This document shows, piece after piece, positions 1-10,480 of a stretch of 64,000 nt of DNA. A program made the position numbers and the translations under genes. The stretch spans positions 1 through 64,000 of the forward strand of contig JBJDXJ010000063.1 of assembly GCA_051866635.1 (NCBI GenBank). The letters run 5' to 3'. Under the pieces are notes generated by a model, which saw only the letters and a program-made list of their open reading frames with translations, was not told the origin of the DNA and ran no database searches. Position 1 is the stretch's first letter. Each line of letters begins with the position of its first letter. The stretch comes from Clostridia bacterium. Its GTDB lineage: Bacteria; Bacillota; Clostridia; UMGS1883.

Positions 1-1
1 T

Positions 2-262
2 TGTACCTGCAAGGCTTGTTTGTGTTGTAACTGTGCCGTCTGTGTCGGTAAAGCTTGTTGCCCCCTCCCAGCCCGCTGCACCGGTAGACACCAATATGTT
101 GTCACCGTCTGTTGATTTCCATTCTCTTTTTGTCTCATCTGAGTTTGAATTGAAATACGCTGTTCTAACTGCACTTATGGTAGTATCTGCCGCAAAGCTT
201 ACTGCCGGAAGCATACCTAACACCATGCAGATAGCAACAACTGTTGCCAAAACTTTTTTCAT
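2..262 (-). CDS. Secreted/cell-surface protein, N-terminal fragment (runs off window start)
   Basis: ATG at 262 preceded by AAAGAAAGGG; translates MKKVLATVVAICMVLGMLPAVSFA-ADTT..., a typical Sec signal peptide; open to the edge. Confidence 0.8.
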   Translation of the reverse strand, partial: MKKVLATVVAICMVLGMLPAVSFAADTTISAVRTAYFNSNSDETKREWKSTDGDNILVSTGAAGWEGATSFTDTDGTVTTQTSLAGT

Positions 263-367
263 AGTCTTCGCCCTTTCTTTTTTTACTTTTAAGATAATTT
301 AATTATACACCATAATTTTTTAATTTACAACTATAATTTTTTATGTTATAATATGTAGCCAACAGGG

Positions 368-1147
368 GTGAGAAAAATGTGTGATGTTATTTCCGAAAAA
401 GAAATATTAAAACATTTAAAAAATTCCCATGTACCCATTTACGTTTTTGATGAAATTGATTCCACAAACCGATTTGCAAAAGAGCTTGACTTAGATTTTG
501 CCCTTGTTGTTTCAGACAGTCAATACAGCGGTCGGGGCAGGTTGGGACGAAAGTTTTACTCCCCAAAAGGCACGGGGATTTACATGACCCTGCGGGTAAA
601 GGTTTCGGATTTATATAATCTGGTTCCTTTTATAACTACTATTTCCGCAACAGGCGTTCACAAGGCAATAAAAACCATATGCCATAAAGACCTTTGCATA
701 AAATGGGTAAACGATATTTATGCAAACGGTAAAAAAGTTTCGGGCATACTGTGTGAAATTGCAGACGACAGTCATGCCGTTATAGGCATAGGTATTAATT
801 TTCTTTCCTCTCCCATGCCTGAAGAATTATCTTGTATTGCCGCATCTCTTTTTGAACATGATGCACCCATAACACGTTGTGAGCTGATAGCTAAGGTGAC
901 AGACAACATCTTGACTCTTTTATCCCATCTACCCGACACTTCATTTATGGAGTATTACAAGGCTAATTCCATAGTTCTGGGCAAGGATGTTTTATGTATA
1001 CAAGGAAATAGTACCTTTGAGGCACACGTTTTGGATATTGACCCAAAGGGTGGTCTTGTTGTAAAAACGAAGGACAAAGTTGTAACTTTGTCCTCGGGAG
1101 AAATCACTGTAAGGTTTAAATCTCAAAATCCAATGGGTCAAACATAG
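368..1147 (+). CDS. birA: Biotin--[acetyl-CoA-carboxylase] ligase (no N-terminal HTH)
   Basis: IDSTN, QYSGRGRLGRKFYSP, IKWVND, KKVSGIL and GIGIN motifs of the BPL family. Confidence 0.93.
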   Translation: MRKMCDVISEKEILKHLKNSHVPIYVFDEIDSTNRFAKELDLDFALVVSDSQYSGRGRLGRKFYSPKGTGIYMTLRVKVSDLYNLVPFITTISATGVHKAIKTICHKDLCIKWVNDIYANGKKVSGILCEIADDSHAVIGIGINFLSSPMPEELSCIAASLFEHDAPITRCELIAKVTDNILTLLSHLPDTSFMEYYKANSIVLGKDVLCIQGNSTFEAHVLDIDPKGGLVVKTKDKVVTLSSGEITVRFKSQNPMGQT

Positions 1148-1322
1148 ATGTGTCAAAATGTCTTTGTCTGTGGGGACGCTTACTGAAAGGGTCAAACCGA
1201 TACTTTTTGCAAATATCCGATGGCTTTACCTTACCTTTTTTACTGCAATTGTAATAATCGCCGTTAAGCTCTCCTCGAAAGACACACATATTGCAGCAGC
1301 TGTTTTCATTAACCTGCTTCAT
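1116..1322 (-). CDS. Small Cys-rich hypothetical protein (68 aa)
   Basis: AAAGGA RBS before ATG 1322; CCxxC...C...CKKYRFDP pattern; overlaps the birA 3' end by 32 nt. Confidence 0.65.
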   Translation of the reverse strand: MKQVNENSCCNMCVFRGELNGDYYNCSKKGKVKPSDICKKYRFDPFSKRPHRQRHFDTSMFDPLDFEI

Positions 1323-1407
1323 ATTCTTCATTCCTTTAAATGTTATGTATTTATTATACATTATAACACAATTTATGACAAGTATTTTATTTTTGGAGGT
1401 TATCCGT

Positions 1408-3663
1408 ATGACAAAACTTATAAATAACGGGGTCTATCTTAAAAACGGACGGGAATTGGTTGAAAATAGCACCAACCTTCCTTCCCCCGCAGATGCACGT
1501 GAAAACACAATGGCATATCAGATTATGCGTGCACATTCTGTTTCAAATAATTCTGAAAAAATGAACATTAAGTTTGACTCACTTATCTCCCACGACATCA
1601 CATATGTTGGCATAATCCAGACTGCTCGTGGCAGTGGACTCACTAAGTTTCCCGTTCCTTACGCACTTACAAACTGCCACAACTCCCTTTGTGCCGTAGG
1701 CGGTACAATAAATGAAGATGACCATGTGTTCGGTCTTAGTGCGGCAAAAAAATACGGTGGTATTTACGTGCCTGCAAATGTGGCTGTTATTCATCAGTAC
1801 GCAAGGGAAATGATGGCAAAATGCGGCGGCATGATTCTTGGTTCCGATTCACACACACGCTATGGTGCATTAGGTACAATGGCAATCGGTGAAGGTGGAC
1901 CCGAGCTTGTAAAACAGCTTCTTTCTAACACATACGATGTTCCTTCTCCCGATGTTGTCCTTGTATATCTTACAGGCACACCCAAAAAGGGCGTAGGTCC
2001 TCACGACGTTGCACTCGAGCTTGTGCGTGCAACATTTAAAAACGGCTTTGTAAAGAATGCTGTTCTTGAATTCTGCGGTGACGGTATTGAAAATCTTCCT
2101 ATGGATTTCCGTATCGGTATCGACGTTATGACAACCGAAACAACTTGCCTCTCTTCCATATGGGAAACTGATGAAAAGGTTCAGTCTTTCTATGAAAACC
2201 ATGGAAGAAAGTCTGACTATAAGAAAATGGCACCCGGAAGCGTTGCTTATTATGACAGGGCTGTTGTTATTGACCTTTCGGAAATTGAATGTATGATAGC
2301 ACTTCCCTTCCATCCTTCCGAGGCTTATTCTATTAAGGAATTTAATCAGAACGCCGGCGATATTCTTCGTGATGTTGAATTAAGAGCCGAAGAACAGTTT
2401 GGCAAAAAAGCACAGCTTCATTTAACAGAGAAGCTTACAGATGGCAAATTCATGGTTGACCAGGGCGTTATTGCAGGTTGCTCAGGCGGCATGTTTGACA
2501 ACATAATGGAAGCGGCGGCAATCTTAGATAATGCAAGTGTTGGCAATTCCTACTTTTCACTTTCTGTTTACCCCTCCTCCGTTCCCATTAACCTTGCACT
2601 CATCAAAAACGGTGCACAGGCGAAATTACTTGAAGCAGGTGCACTCTTTAAGCCTTGCTTCTGCGGTCCTTGTTTTGGTGCAGGGGATGTTCCTTCAAAT
2701 AATGGCTTTTCAATTCGTCACACAACACGTAACTTCCCCAACCGTGAAGGAAGTAAGCCGGGTGAAGGTCAGCTTTCAGGCGTAGCACTTATGGATGCAC
2801 GCAGCATTGCCGCAACAGCTAAAAACGGTGGTATTCTTACAGCCGCAAGCGATATTGAATATAACTATACACCCGAAGAATATATCTTCGACAAGGGCGT
2901 TTACGAAAAAAGAGTATATCAGGGCTTTGGAAATCCCAACCCTAACGAAGAATTGAAACTTGGTCCCAATATTACCGACTGGCCTAAAATGAATTCTTTA
3001 ACCGACAATTTACTTGTTAAAATGGCGGCAGTTCTCCATGATAGTGTCACAACAACAGACGAGCTTATCCCCTCGGGTGAAACATCAAGCTACCGTTCTA
3101 ACCCCCTTCGTCTGGCTGAATTTGCACTTTCAAGACGTGAACCTGAATATGTAAGCCGTTCAAAGGCTATTCAGGCAACTGAAAATGACCGCCTTGCAGG
3201 CAAATTCTCACAAGAAATTATTGATACACTTTCACGTGTAACAGATAACGTAGAAGAAGCAATCAAAAATACACAATTCGGTAGTGCAATTTATGCAACA
3301 AAGCCCGGTGACGGTTCTGCCCGTGAACAGGCGGCAAGCTGTCAGAAGGTGTTGGGCGGTTTTGCAAACATATGTAAAGAATTTGCCACAAAGCGTTACA
3401 GAAGCAACTGTATCAACTGGGGTATTCTTCCCTTCACAATCGACGAAAGTACATCATTTGAATATAATGTAGGTGATTATGTTTTCGTTCCCAACATCCG
3501 AGAAAAGATTTTAAATGGTGACGAAGTGTTCCCTGCAAAGGTTATCACCAAGGATAGTGTAAACGATATCACACTTTTCGTGAAAGGTCTTACAGAGGAT
3601 GAAAAAGACATCATATTAAAAGGTTGCCTGATGAACTATTATGCATCAAAAATGGAGAAATAA
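1408..3663 (+). CDS. Aconitase-family hydratase (YbhJ-like)
   Basis: GGAGGT RBS and ATG 1408; SHDITY, GSDSHTR, Fe-S Cys motifs AGCSGG and CGPCFG, TTRNFPNREG; next to icd. Confidence 0.92.
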   Translation: MTKLINNGVYLKNGRELVENSTNLPSPADARENTMAYQIMRAHSVSNNSEKMNIKFDSLISHDITYVGIIQTARGSGLTKFPVPYALTNCHNSLCAVGGTINEDDHVFGLSAAKKYGGIYVPANVAVIHQYAREMMAKCGGMILGSDSHTRYGALGTMAIGEGGPELVKQLLSNTYDVPSPDVVLVYLTGTPKKGVGPHDVALELVRATFKNGFVKNAVLEFCGDGIENLPMDFRIGIDVMTTETTCLSSIWETDEKVQSFYENHGRKSDYKKMAPGSVAYYDRAVVIDLSEIECMIALPFHPSEAYSIKEFNQNAGDILRDVELRAEEQFGKKAQLHLTEKLTDGKFMVDQGVIAGCSGGMFDNIMEAAAILDNASVGNSYFSLSVYPSSVPINLALIKNGAQAKLLEAGALFKPCFCGPCFGAGDVPSNNGFSIRHTTRNFPNREGSKPGEGQLSGVALMDARSIAATAKNGGILTAASDIEYNYTPEEYIFDKGVYEKRVYQGFGNPNPNEELKLGPNITDWPKMNSLTDNLLVKMAAVLHDSVTTTDELIPSGETSSYRSNPLRLAEFALSRREPEYVSRSKAIQATENDRLAGKFSQEIIDTLSRVTDNVEEAIKNTQFGSAIYATKPGDGSAREQAASCQKVLGGFANICKEFATKRYRSNCINWGILPFTIDESTSFEYNVGDYVFVPNIREKILNGDEVFPAKVITKDSVNDITLFVKGLTEDEKDIILKGCLMNYYASKMEK

Positions 3664-3693
3664 ATTTCATTTTATAAAGAAAGGAAAACCACA

Positions 3694-4899
3694 ATGGACA
3701 AAATAATTATGAAAAACCCCATCGTTGAGATGGACGGCGATGAAATGACCAGAATTCTCTGGAAGATGATTAAGGAGGAGCTTTTAGAGCCTTTCGTTGA
3801 ATTAAATACGGAATATTATGACTTAGGTCTCCCCCATCGTGATGAAACAGGCGACATGGTTACATTTGAAGCCGGAGAAGCTATCAAAAAGCATCATGTG
3901 GGCGTAAAGTGTGCAACAATTACCCCCAATGCTCAGAGAATGGATGAATACAAACTTCATGAAATGTGGAAAAGCCCCAACGGCACAATCCGTGCAATAC
4001 TTGACGGCACAGTTTTCCGTGCTCCTATCCTCGTAAAGAATGTTTCTCCGGCAGTTAAGAACTGGAAAGCTCCCATCACAATCGCGAGACACGCATACGG
4101 TGATGTTTACAAGGGTACAGAATACCGTGTTCCCGAAAGCGGTAAGGCTGAATTGGTGTTTTCAACAGAAAAAGGCGAAATTTACAGAGAAACAATTTAC
4201 GATTTTGAGTGCCCGGGTGTCCTGCAGGGTCTTTATAACAAGGATTCCTCCATTATTTCATTTGCAAAATCTTGTTTCGAATACGCTCTTTCCACCAAGC
4301 AAGATTTGTGGTTTTCTACTAAGGACACTATAAGCAAAAAATATGACCAGACGTTTAAACTTATCTTCCAGGATATTTTTGACAAGGAATATGCTGAAAA
4401 ATTTAAGGAAGCAGGCATTGAATATTTCTATACACTTATCGATGATGCTGTTGCACGTGTTATAAGAAGTAACGGCGGCTTTATATGGGCATGTAAGAAC
4501 TATGACGGTGACGTTATGAGCGACATGGTATCAACTGCATTCGGTTCACTTGCCATGATGACAAGCGTTCTTGTTTCTCCCGACGGCAATTTTGAATACG
4601 AAGCAGCACACGGCACGGTAACAAGGCATTACTACCGCTATTTAAAGGGCGAAGAAACCTCCACAAACCCCATTGCAACAATCTTTGCATGGACAGGTGC
4701 ACTTCGTAAACGCGGTGAGCTGGATAATACAGAGGAGCTTATTACATTTGCCGACAAGCTGGAGAAAGCCTGTATTGATACAATTGAAAGTGGCATAGTT
4801 ACAAAGGACTTGGCACTCCTTGCCGAAGGCGAAACAACAAGTGTAAATTCCGCCGACTTTTTAAAGGCAATAAGAATCAATTTGGAAAAAGCATTGTAA
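3694..4899 (+). CDS. icd: NADP-dependent isocitrate dehydrogenase
   Basis: [45 protein letters not shown]. Confidence 0.97.
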   Translation: MDKIIMKNPIVEMDGDEMTRILWKMIKEELLEPFVELNTEYYDLGLPHRDETGDMVTFEAGEAIKKHHVGVKCATITPNAQRMDEYKLHEMWKSPNGTIRAILDGTVFRAPILVKNVSPAVKNWKAPITIARHAYGDVYKGTEYRVPESGKAELVFSTEKGEIYRETIYDFECPGVLQGLYNKDSSIISFAKSCFEYALSTKQDLWFSTKDTISKKYDQTFKLIFQDIFDKEYAEKFKEAGIEYFYTLIDDAVARVIRSNGGFIWACKNYDGDVMSDMVSTAFGSLAMMTSVLVSPDGNFEYEAAHGTVTRHYYRYLKGEETSTNPIATIFAWTGALRKRGELDNTEELITFADKLEKACIDTIESGIVTKDLALLAEGETTSVNSADFLKAIRINLEKAL

Positions 4900-4902
4900 A
4901 GG

Positions 4903-4970
4903 CAATAACTAATAAAACTCCTGGAAATCAAACTTAAAAGGTTGATTTCCAGGAGTTTTATTAGTTATTG
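4903..4970. terminator. Perfect 29-bp inverted repeat after icd (probable terminator)
   Basis: CAATAACTAATAAAACTCCTGGAAATCAA (4903-4931) and its exact reverse complement (4942-4970), just after the icd stop. Confidence 0.75.
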
Positions 4971-5161
4971 AAGGATTGTCGAATGCAATTTTTACTTGAA
5001 GATGATTTTGCATAGCTCTTTTTTATTTTTCTTTAGTCAACTGTTAAAAAATGAAAAACTCTTATTAAAATAAAGCGGATTTCCTTGAATTTGAGATAAA
5101 AAAAGACTTATGATGCTACATGTATATATTTTATAAGTCATTTTTATATATATGGAAATAC

Positions 5162-5191
5162 AAAGGGGCTACCAAAAATGACAGCCCCTTT
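5162..5191 (-). terminator. Putative intrinsic terminator after the 5220-10006 gene pair
   Basis: AAAGGGGCT...AGCCCCTTT hairpin about 30 nt past the stop at 5220. Confidence 0.55.
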
Positions 5192-5219
5192 AAAACCGTT
5201 TCTGATCTTTTAAACATTT

Positions 5220-5537
5220 TTATGTGAAAAAGCCTTTTCCAAAATCAATAGGAATCTTATTAAAAAAAATCAGAATTGCAATAGCCCACACGAATATGAT
5301 AAAAATGTTTATGTAGTTTGCAGGCATTGTAATCAACAATATCGCATATTTCTTTTTTGACAGCGATCTGCTCTTTATATAAATAATATTACAAATATAA
5401 TTCATAGTTATAGTTATTACTGAAATAATTAGTGCTATTATCCAATTCACATAGACTGCACTAAATATCGTACTTAACATACCTATAAAGGATACCATTA
5501 TTGTAAAAAAAAATATTTTTAAATATATTTTAATCAT
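5220..5537 (-). CDS. Small multi-pass membrane protein (105 aa), coupled to the upstream lipase gene
   Basis: About three hydrophobic segments; its ATG overlaps the upstream TAA (TAATG). Confidence 0.7.
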   Translation of the reverse strand: MIKIYLKIFFFTIMVSFIGMLSTIFSAVYVNWIIALIISVITITMNYICNIIYIKSRSLSKKKYAILLITMPANYINIFIIFVWAIAILIFFNKIPIDFGKGFFT

Positions 5538-8500
5538 TATTTGTAATATCTACCTAACAAGTAATATGTTTCAGGCCAATGTCCATGTCCCATTCCGCCT
5601 ATTCTAAAAAATGTTGTGATAGATCCTATAAAACCTTTTGCTTGATCTGCAGCAGTAGCGACAAATGCATTTTTAGCGGCTTTATATTTTTTGGCTACAT
5701 CATATCCCATTCCATCTCCCATATTACCAACAGCCATCTCTGCAATATTCATATTTAAAAAATCTGGTTTTTGGAAAATTACAGGCTTATAAACTGTTCG
5801 TTTATCAAATATGCCTTTTTCTTCTGTATATACACCTACCTCACAAGCCCTTTGAAGTCTGAAACTATAACTATTGTATTTATTTTCTGCAGCACTTAAT
5901 GCTTCATCATATGTTTCATATTCTTCATCAAGAATAAGTGCGTAATCTTTCAATTCTTCACTATTGTCCGGCAATGAGTAAAGTTCATTTCTACTGCTAA
6001 CAACTTTCCCAAATTGGGAGACGGTTGTGTTCACATGTCCATTTTTATTATAATCTAATTTGTCAGACGTTTTATTTGCATTTATGAGCCATTCCCATGT
6101 TCCTTCTTGTGCTCCAAAGAATCTATTCTCATAGTCATCACCAACACTGGCTTTTTTGTCTACACCGTATCTTATAAAGTTCCATGAGGTCAACGGCAGT
6201 TCAGTTACTATGTCGTCTGTATTAATAATATTGAAAATTGTATTGTAGTTTTTAGCATTTGCATCAGTAGTTACATTAGGTGAAGCAAAAGTATATGTGT
6301 ATGAATCAAATTCAGGATCGTCTTCAAATCTTGCACCTAATAAATTAGCTATAGCACCGCCTCGGCTATGACCACATATAAATATTGATTTTTCTGCCAG
6401 AGGATCAACATAAGTATCAATATAGCCGTTTAACAGTCCATATAGCCTATTCGTTGCAACATCAAAACCTTTATGATTCTCATGGTTTTGCCAATCATCA
6501 TTATCTCTGTCCCAATAATCCTCATGAGTTGAACCAACATCAAAATTACTTGACCATTCTTTAATACTTCCATTTGTACCACGGACTGCAACAATTATAA
6601 TTTCTTTATCGCTTCCATTATAGTTTATTTTCCTATGTCCAACTAACATTTCTGAAAGATCATCATCACCGTACGACTTACTTAAGCCATCATCGTCGGA
6701 CAATTCTGCTAAATCATAATCTCTTGTGTTAGACAATCCAAAGGTGTTAAACACTTCAAGTGTATTTACTGTTTTATTTATTCCTGATTTTATATCAAGA
6801 TCCTTATGATATGCAACTGTTGCAAACACTGCCCCCATAGAACTTAATTCTTTATTGAACGTTGTATTGGAATGTTCACTATTGATAAAATACCTGTAAT
6901 CCATCGTGTACTTAACATTTATACCTTCTTCAACCTGATCATATAAGATTGCCTCTATTGTGTTATCTTTTGGGTTTGGATCTTCAATATCATCTATGCC
7001 ATCAAAATCAGTATCTGGTTCGATAGGACTACTCTTATACTTATACATCTTAACGATACCATAATCTGTACCGGTTATTGCCCCACGGCTTACTGTTTTA
7101 ATTAATTCATCTAAATCAATTTCACCTGTAGGAGAAGCACTTTCTAGTTCCTCAATATCAGCAATTCCATCTTTATCAGTATCTACATCGCTACCTTCCT
7201 CAGGCATAGCATCGAGTCTTACCGGAACAGGAACAGGACCCTGCAAATAAATCCAATATCCTTCACCTACAATTTCTTCACCAATCTTATCAGCAAGTTT
7301 AGTTAACTCAGTATTAAAGTTTCCATATATATTTGCCCAGATACCATTTGTGTCATTATACAAATTATAATATGTACTCTTTTCACTTGAAGGGGAAACA
7401 ACCGAGCAACTAACACCGGCATTTTTCAGAAGTTCAATTTCCGCTGCCATAGAAGGAATTCCATATCTGTTATCAACCTTATAATTAGCATCGGTCACTA
7501 AAACAAATATTTTACCGGCAGATGCACGCATATCAAGCAATCTCGCAGTTTCCAACGCATCTACTGCACATTCCGGAGTATCTCCGCCATCATCAGCATA
7601 TAGTGTCGCAATTTTTTCCTTGTATGCATCCATGTCATAGAACCAATTTGATGAACCATTTTTGTGTACGCGTGTAGAATCATAACCATCGTGTGTTATA
7701 TCTTGATAATCTACTAATGCCAATGCCGCAGAAACGCCTTTAGATTTTAGTGCATCCACAAATGAGTTGACATTATTCTTGACGTTATTAATTTCATCTC
7801 CCATTGAACCTGTTGTATCTATGATAAATACAATATCAGCTTGAGCCATTGCACCGGAAGAAGCCATCAATATAACCTTTTCTGTTTCTTCACTTGCTGC
7901 TACAACATCCACATCTTTTACAATTTCATCTGCAGAGAAAAGTGAGATTTCTTCAGTTGATTCATTGGAATTATTATTTTGACTTTGTTTATTTTCTTCG
8001 ACTTCATCAAGAGACATCAATTCCATAGGGTCAGGATCTGTCAATGAAGCTAAATCAGCAATTGCAGGCATTACTAAACCTAACTCATCAAACAGATTTT
8101 TAACATTCATAACAAAGTATGTACCTTCACCGTCAATGCTTGCAGATAATGTATTGCTACTTATGTCGTAATCAGTATCAAGATAATCTGTTGAACTATC
8201 ATCATTATACTTGCATATTAAGTAGGGGTTAAATGTTTCATATGTATCTCCTACTGACAATAAAGAAATATCTTCATTTTGAAGCGTAAATGTTAATGTT
8301 CCTTTTGTAATAGTTTCACCAAAAACATCGATCGCCTCACCAACAATAGCACGACTATCACTAAAATCGTTTGAACATGTTGTTGATACAACAACACTAT
8401 TATTGATGTTTCCACTTGCTGTCAAAGTAAGCGATGGAACAGCGTCATTATCTTCTAAAAGTAATTCTTCAGCGATATTATTTTCACTTAATTCCTGTGT

Positions 8501-10006
8501 AAATGTTCTTTCAGAGTCTAGTGTCTTTCCATCAGTTTTCTTCATTAATGGATCTAAACCAAGAAGAATTTCGTCACCATCGCTTAATTTGTCCCCATCA
8601 GAATCATAATTACAAGGGTCAGTACCATACGTATTTACTTCATCAGAATCGTTTAAACCATCGTTATCTGTGTCTTTTTTTATAGGATCTGTACCTAAAT
8701 CAATTTCTTCTTTATTTGTTAATCCATCCTCATCTGCATCTTCATCTGCATCCGCTATACCATTTTCATCAGAATCTGCATTTGTAGGATCGGTACCTGT
8801 TAAATAAATTTCAGCATAGTTGCTTAACCCATCATTATCAGTATCATAGTCATTAGGATCAATTCCAAATGCTGCGGCGATCTCATCAGGAATTGCCTCT
8901 TGTTCTGCGAATACAGCAGTGATTACCACCTTTTTTGCTGGCATTTTAAATGTTGTTGTTTTACTATTAACATCTTCAAATGTTCCGCCATTATTAGATT
9001 CCCATCTTACAAAAACACAATTTTCATTAGGTGTTGCAGTTAAAGTAACAATACTGTTCTTTACGTAATTACCAGCAACACTCATATCTACTGAACCGTT
9101 CTCAACATCAGCAAACGAAAGAGAATACTGGGTGGATTTTGAGGATTCGCCACCACCGCCACCGGAAGAAGCCTTTTTAATAGTATATTCAACACTTGTA
9201 ACATCACTTACAAATACACCTTTTTTAACTGTAACAGCCTTTAAAGTAGCTGTGCTTGAAATGGAAATTTCCTTTTCGTACTTTGTACTCTTTACAGTAG
9301 GTTCTGTTCCGTCTGTTGTGTAATAGATTTCAGCACCTTCTGTAGTAGTTGTAAGTGTAACCTTCTGTGTGGAAGAATAAGTACCTGTCTGTACACTTGC
9401 TACAGGTGCAACAAGATCGCATTTCATTCCCTGTGCGACCATTACAGCAATATCACCACGTGTTGCAGATTTACCCTTTTCACCTTTAAGGTTAGATGTA
9501 ATACCGCTTTTAGTTGCCTTGTCGATGTATGCCTTTGACCAGTCTTCGGGGTCAACAGTTATATCCTTATCCAAGCCAAGTGCACATACCACCATCTTAA
9601 CTGCTTCTTCGTAGAGTACAGCTTCTTCAGGGCGGAAGCTACCGTCTAAATAGCCGTTAACAATGCCTTCGTTATTGGCAATATTAATATAACCGCACGC
9701 CCAGTGAGACTCGTCCACGTCAGCAAATTTTGTATCACCTTTTGCTTTTTCTGCATCGTCTGCTTTGTCGATTACTCTGCAGATAACAGTTGCCATTTCT
9801 GCTCTTGTAATTGACTTTTCCGCACCAAATGAGCCGTCCAAATATCCTGTCAAAACGCCAAGTTTGGACAGTACTTCTGCAGAAGATGCATAGTATTCTG
9901 TGCCTTTAACGTCAGTAAACACAGCTTCTTCTGCCATACCAGCTGCAGGCACAATGCTCATTATCATCATTATTGCCAGCAGTATACTTACAAATTTTCT
10001 CATCAC
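5537..10006 (-). CDS. Cell-surface protein: signal peptide, 3x SLH, Fn3-associated/CHB_HEX_C-like, InlB-B-like repeat, Ca-binding DxDxDG repeats, vWA, class-3 lipase
   Basis: ITRAEMA SLH motif; IYYTTDGTEPT; DTDNDGLxxxxEI..GTDP repeats; vWA MIDAS DIVFIIDTTGSM; VAVRGT, HKGF and GHSRGG lipase motifs. Confidence 0.88.
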   Translation of the reverse strand: MMRKFVSILLAIMMIMSIVPAAGMAEEAVFTDVKGTEYYASSAEVLSKLGVLTGYLDGSFGAEKSITRAEMATVICRVIDKADDAEKAKGDTKFADVDESHWACGYINIANNEGIVNGYLDGSFRPEEAVLYEEAVKMVVCALGLDKDITVDPEDWSKAYIDKATKSGITSNLKGEKGKSATRGDIAVMVAQGMKCDLVAPVASVQTGTYSSTQKVTLTTTTEGAEIYYTTDGTEPTVKSTKYEKEISISSTATLKAVTVKKGVFVSDVTSVEYTIKKASSGGGGGESSKSTQYSLSFADVENGSVDMSVAGNYVKNSIVTLTATPNENCVFVRWESNNGGTFEDVNSKTTTFKMPAKKVVITAVFAEQEAIPDEIAAAFGIDPNDYDTDNDGLSNYAEIYLTGTDPTNADSDENGIADADEDADEDGLTNKEEIDLGTDPIKKDTDNDGLNDSDEVNTYGTDPCNYDSDGDKLSDGDEILLGLDPLMKKTDGKTLDSERTFTQELSENNIAEELLLEDNDAVPSLTLTASGNINNSVVVSTTCSNDFSDSRAIVGEAIDVFGETITKGTLTFTLQNEDISLLSVGDTYETFNPYLICKYNDDSSTDYLDTDYDISSNTLSASIDGEGTYFVMNVKNLFDELGLVMPAIADLASLTDPDPMELMSLDEVEENKQSQNNNSNESTEEISLFSADEIVKDVDVVAASEETEKVILMASSGAMAQADIVFIIDTTGSMGDEINNVKNNVNSFVDALKSKGVSAALALVDYQDITHDGYDSTRVHKNGSSNWFYDMDAYKEKIATLYADDGGDTPECAVDALETARLLDMRASAGKIFVLVTDANYKVDNRYGIPSMAAEIELLKNAGVSCSVVSPSSEKSTYYNLYNDTNGIWANIYGNFNTELTKLADKIGEEIVGEGYWIYLQGPVPVPVRLDAMPEEGSDVDTDKDGIADIEELESASPTGEIDLDELIKTVSRGAITGTDYGIVKMYKYKSSPIEPDTDFDGIDDIEDPNPKDNTIEAILYDQVEEGINVKYTMDYRYFINSEHSNTTFNKELSSMGAVFATVAYHKDLDIKSGINKTVNTLEVFNTFGLSNTRDYDLAELSDDDGLSKSYGDDDLSEMLVGHRKINYNGSDKEIIIVAVRGTNGSIKEWSSNFDVGSTHEDYWDRDNDDWQNHENHKGFDVATNRLYGLLNGYIDTYVDPLAEKSIFICGHSRGGAIANLLGARFEDDPEFDSYTYTFASPNVTTDANAKNYNTIFNIINTDDIVTELPLTSWNFIRYGVDKKASVGDDYENRFFGAQEGTWEWLINANKTSDKLDYNKNGHVNTTVSQFGKVVSSRNELYSLPDNSEELKDYALILDEEYETYDEALSAAENKYNSYSFRLQRACEVGVYTEEKGIFDKRTVYKPVIFQKPDFLNMNIAEMAVGNMGDGMGYDVAKKYKAAKNAFVATAADQAKGFIGSITTFFRIGGMGHGHWPETYYLLGRYYK

Positions 10007-10088
10007 TTTTTCCTCCGTTCATTTAATAAATTACCTATACCAATTAAACTACAGCCCCCTTTTTAAATACAAGTTTCGTATAATACCA

Positions 10089-10117
10089 AGTATATGACTG
10101 TTTCCTTTTTTTGTCAA
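10089..10117 (-). promoter_or_regulatory. Sigma-A promoter of the SLH-vWA-lipase gene
   Basis: TTGACA (10117-10112), 17-nt spacer, TATACT (10094-10089). Confidence 0.7.
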
Positions 10118-10146
10118 CCCCCCTCTTTTTTGCAACAACCTGAAAA

Positions 10147-10193
10147 TTTTATCCCAAAATGGGATAAAACAATTATACCAAAATGGGATAATT
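10147..10193. promoter_or_regulatory. Two tandem palindromic operators, probable XRE binding sites
   Basis: TTTTATCCCA-aaa-TGGGATAAAA (10147-10169) and AATTATACCA-aaa-TGGGATAATT (10171-10193). Confidence 0.65.
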
Positions 10194-10211
10194 AAGTCAA
10201 GAGGTGATCTT

Positions 10212-10418
10212 ATGCGACTTAAAGAAATACGCAAAAAGAAAGGAATATCTCAGCTGAAATTAGCATTGGAACTGAACATGAGCCAGAACTCTATTTCCCG
10301 TTATGAAACAGGGGAACGACAAGCAGGTTATAAGGAACTTATCGCCATAGCCGATTACTTTAATGTATCAATAGACTATTTGCTTGAACGTACAGATAAC
10401 CCAAAAATTAACCGCTGA
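10212..10418 (+). CDS. XRE-family helix-turn-helix regulator
   Basis: RLKEIRKKKGISQLKLA...ISRYETG...IADYFNVSIDYLL; GAGGTG RBS. Confidence 0.92.
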   Translation: MRLKEIRKKKGISQLKLALELNMSQNSISRYETGERQAGYKELIAIADYFNVSIDYLLERTDNPKINR

Positions 10419-10480
10419 TTATTGATTCAGTAAACTTTTAGTGCTATTATAACAGTGCCAACTAAATTATCGGAGGAATA

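Noticed and set aside
33-302. 89-aa plus-strand ORF
   Set aside because: Shadow of the minus-strand signal-peptide gene starting at 262
5181-10067. ACAGCCCC(C)TTT motifs flanking the lipase block as att or TSD sites
   Set aside because: Short, imperfect and low-complexity; the left one is explained by a terminator arm
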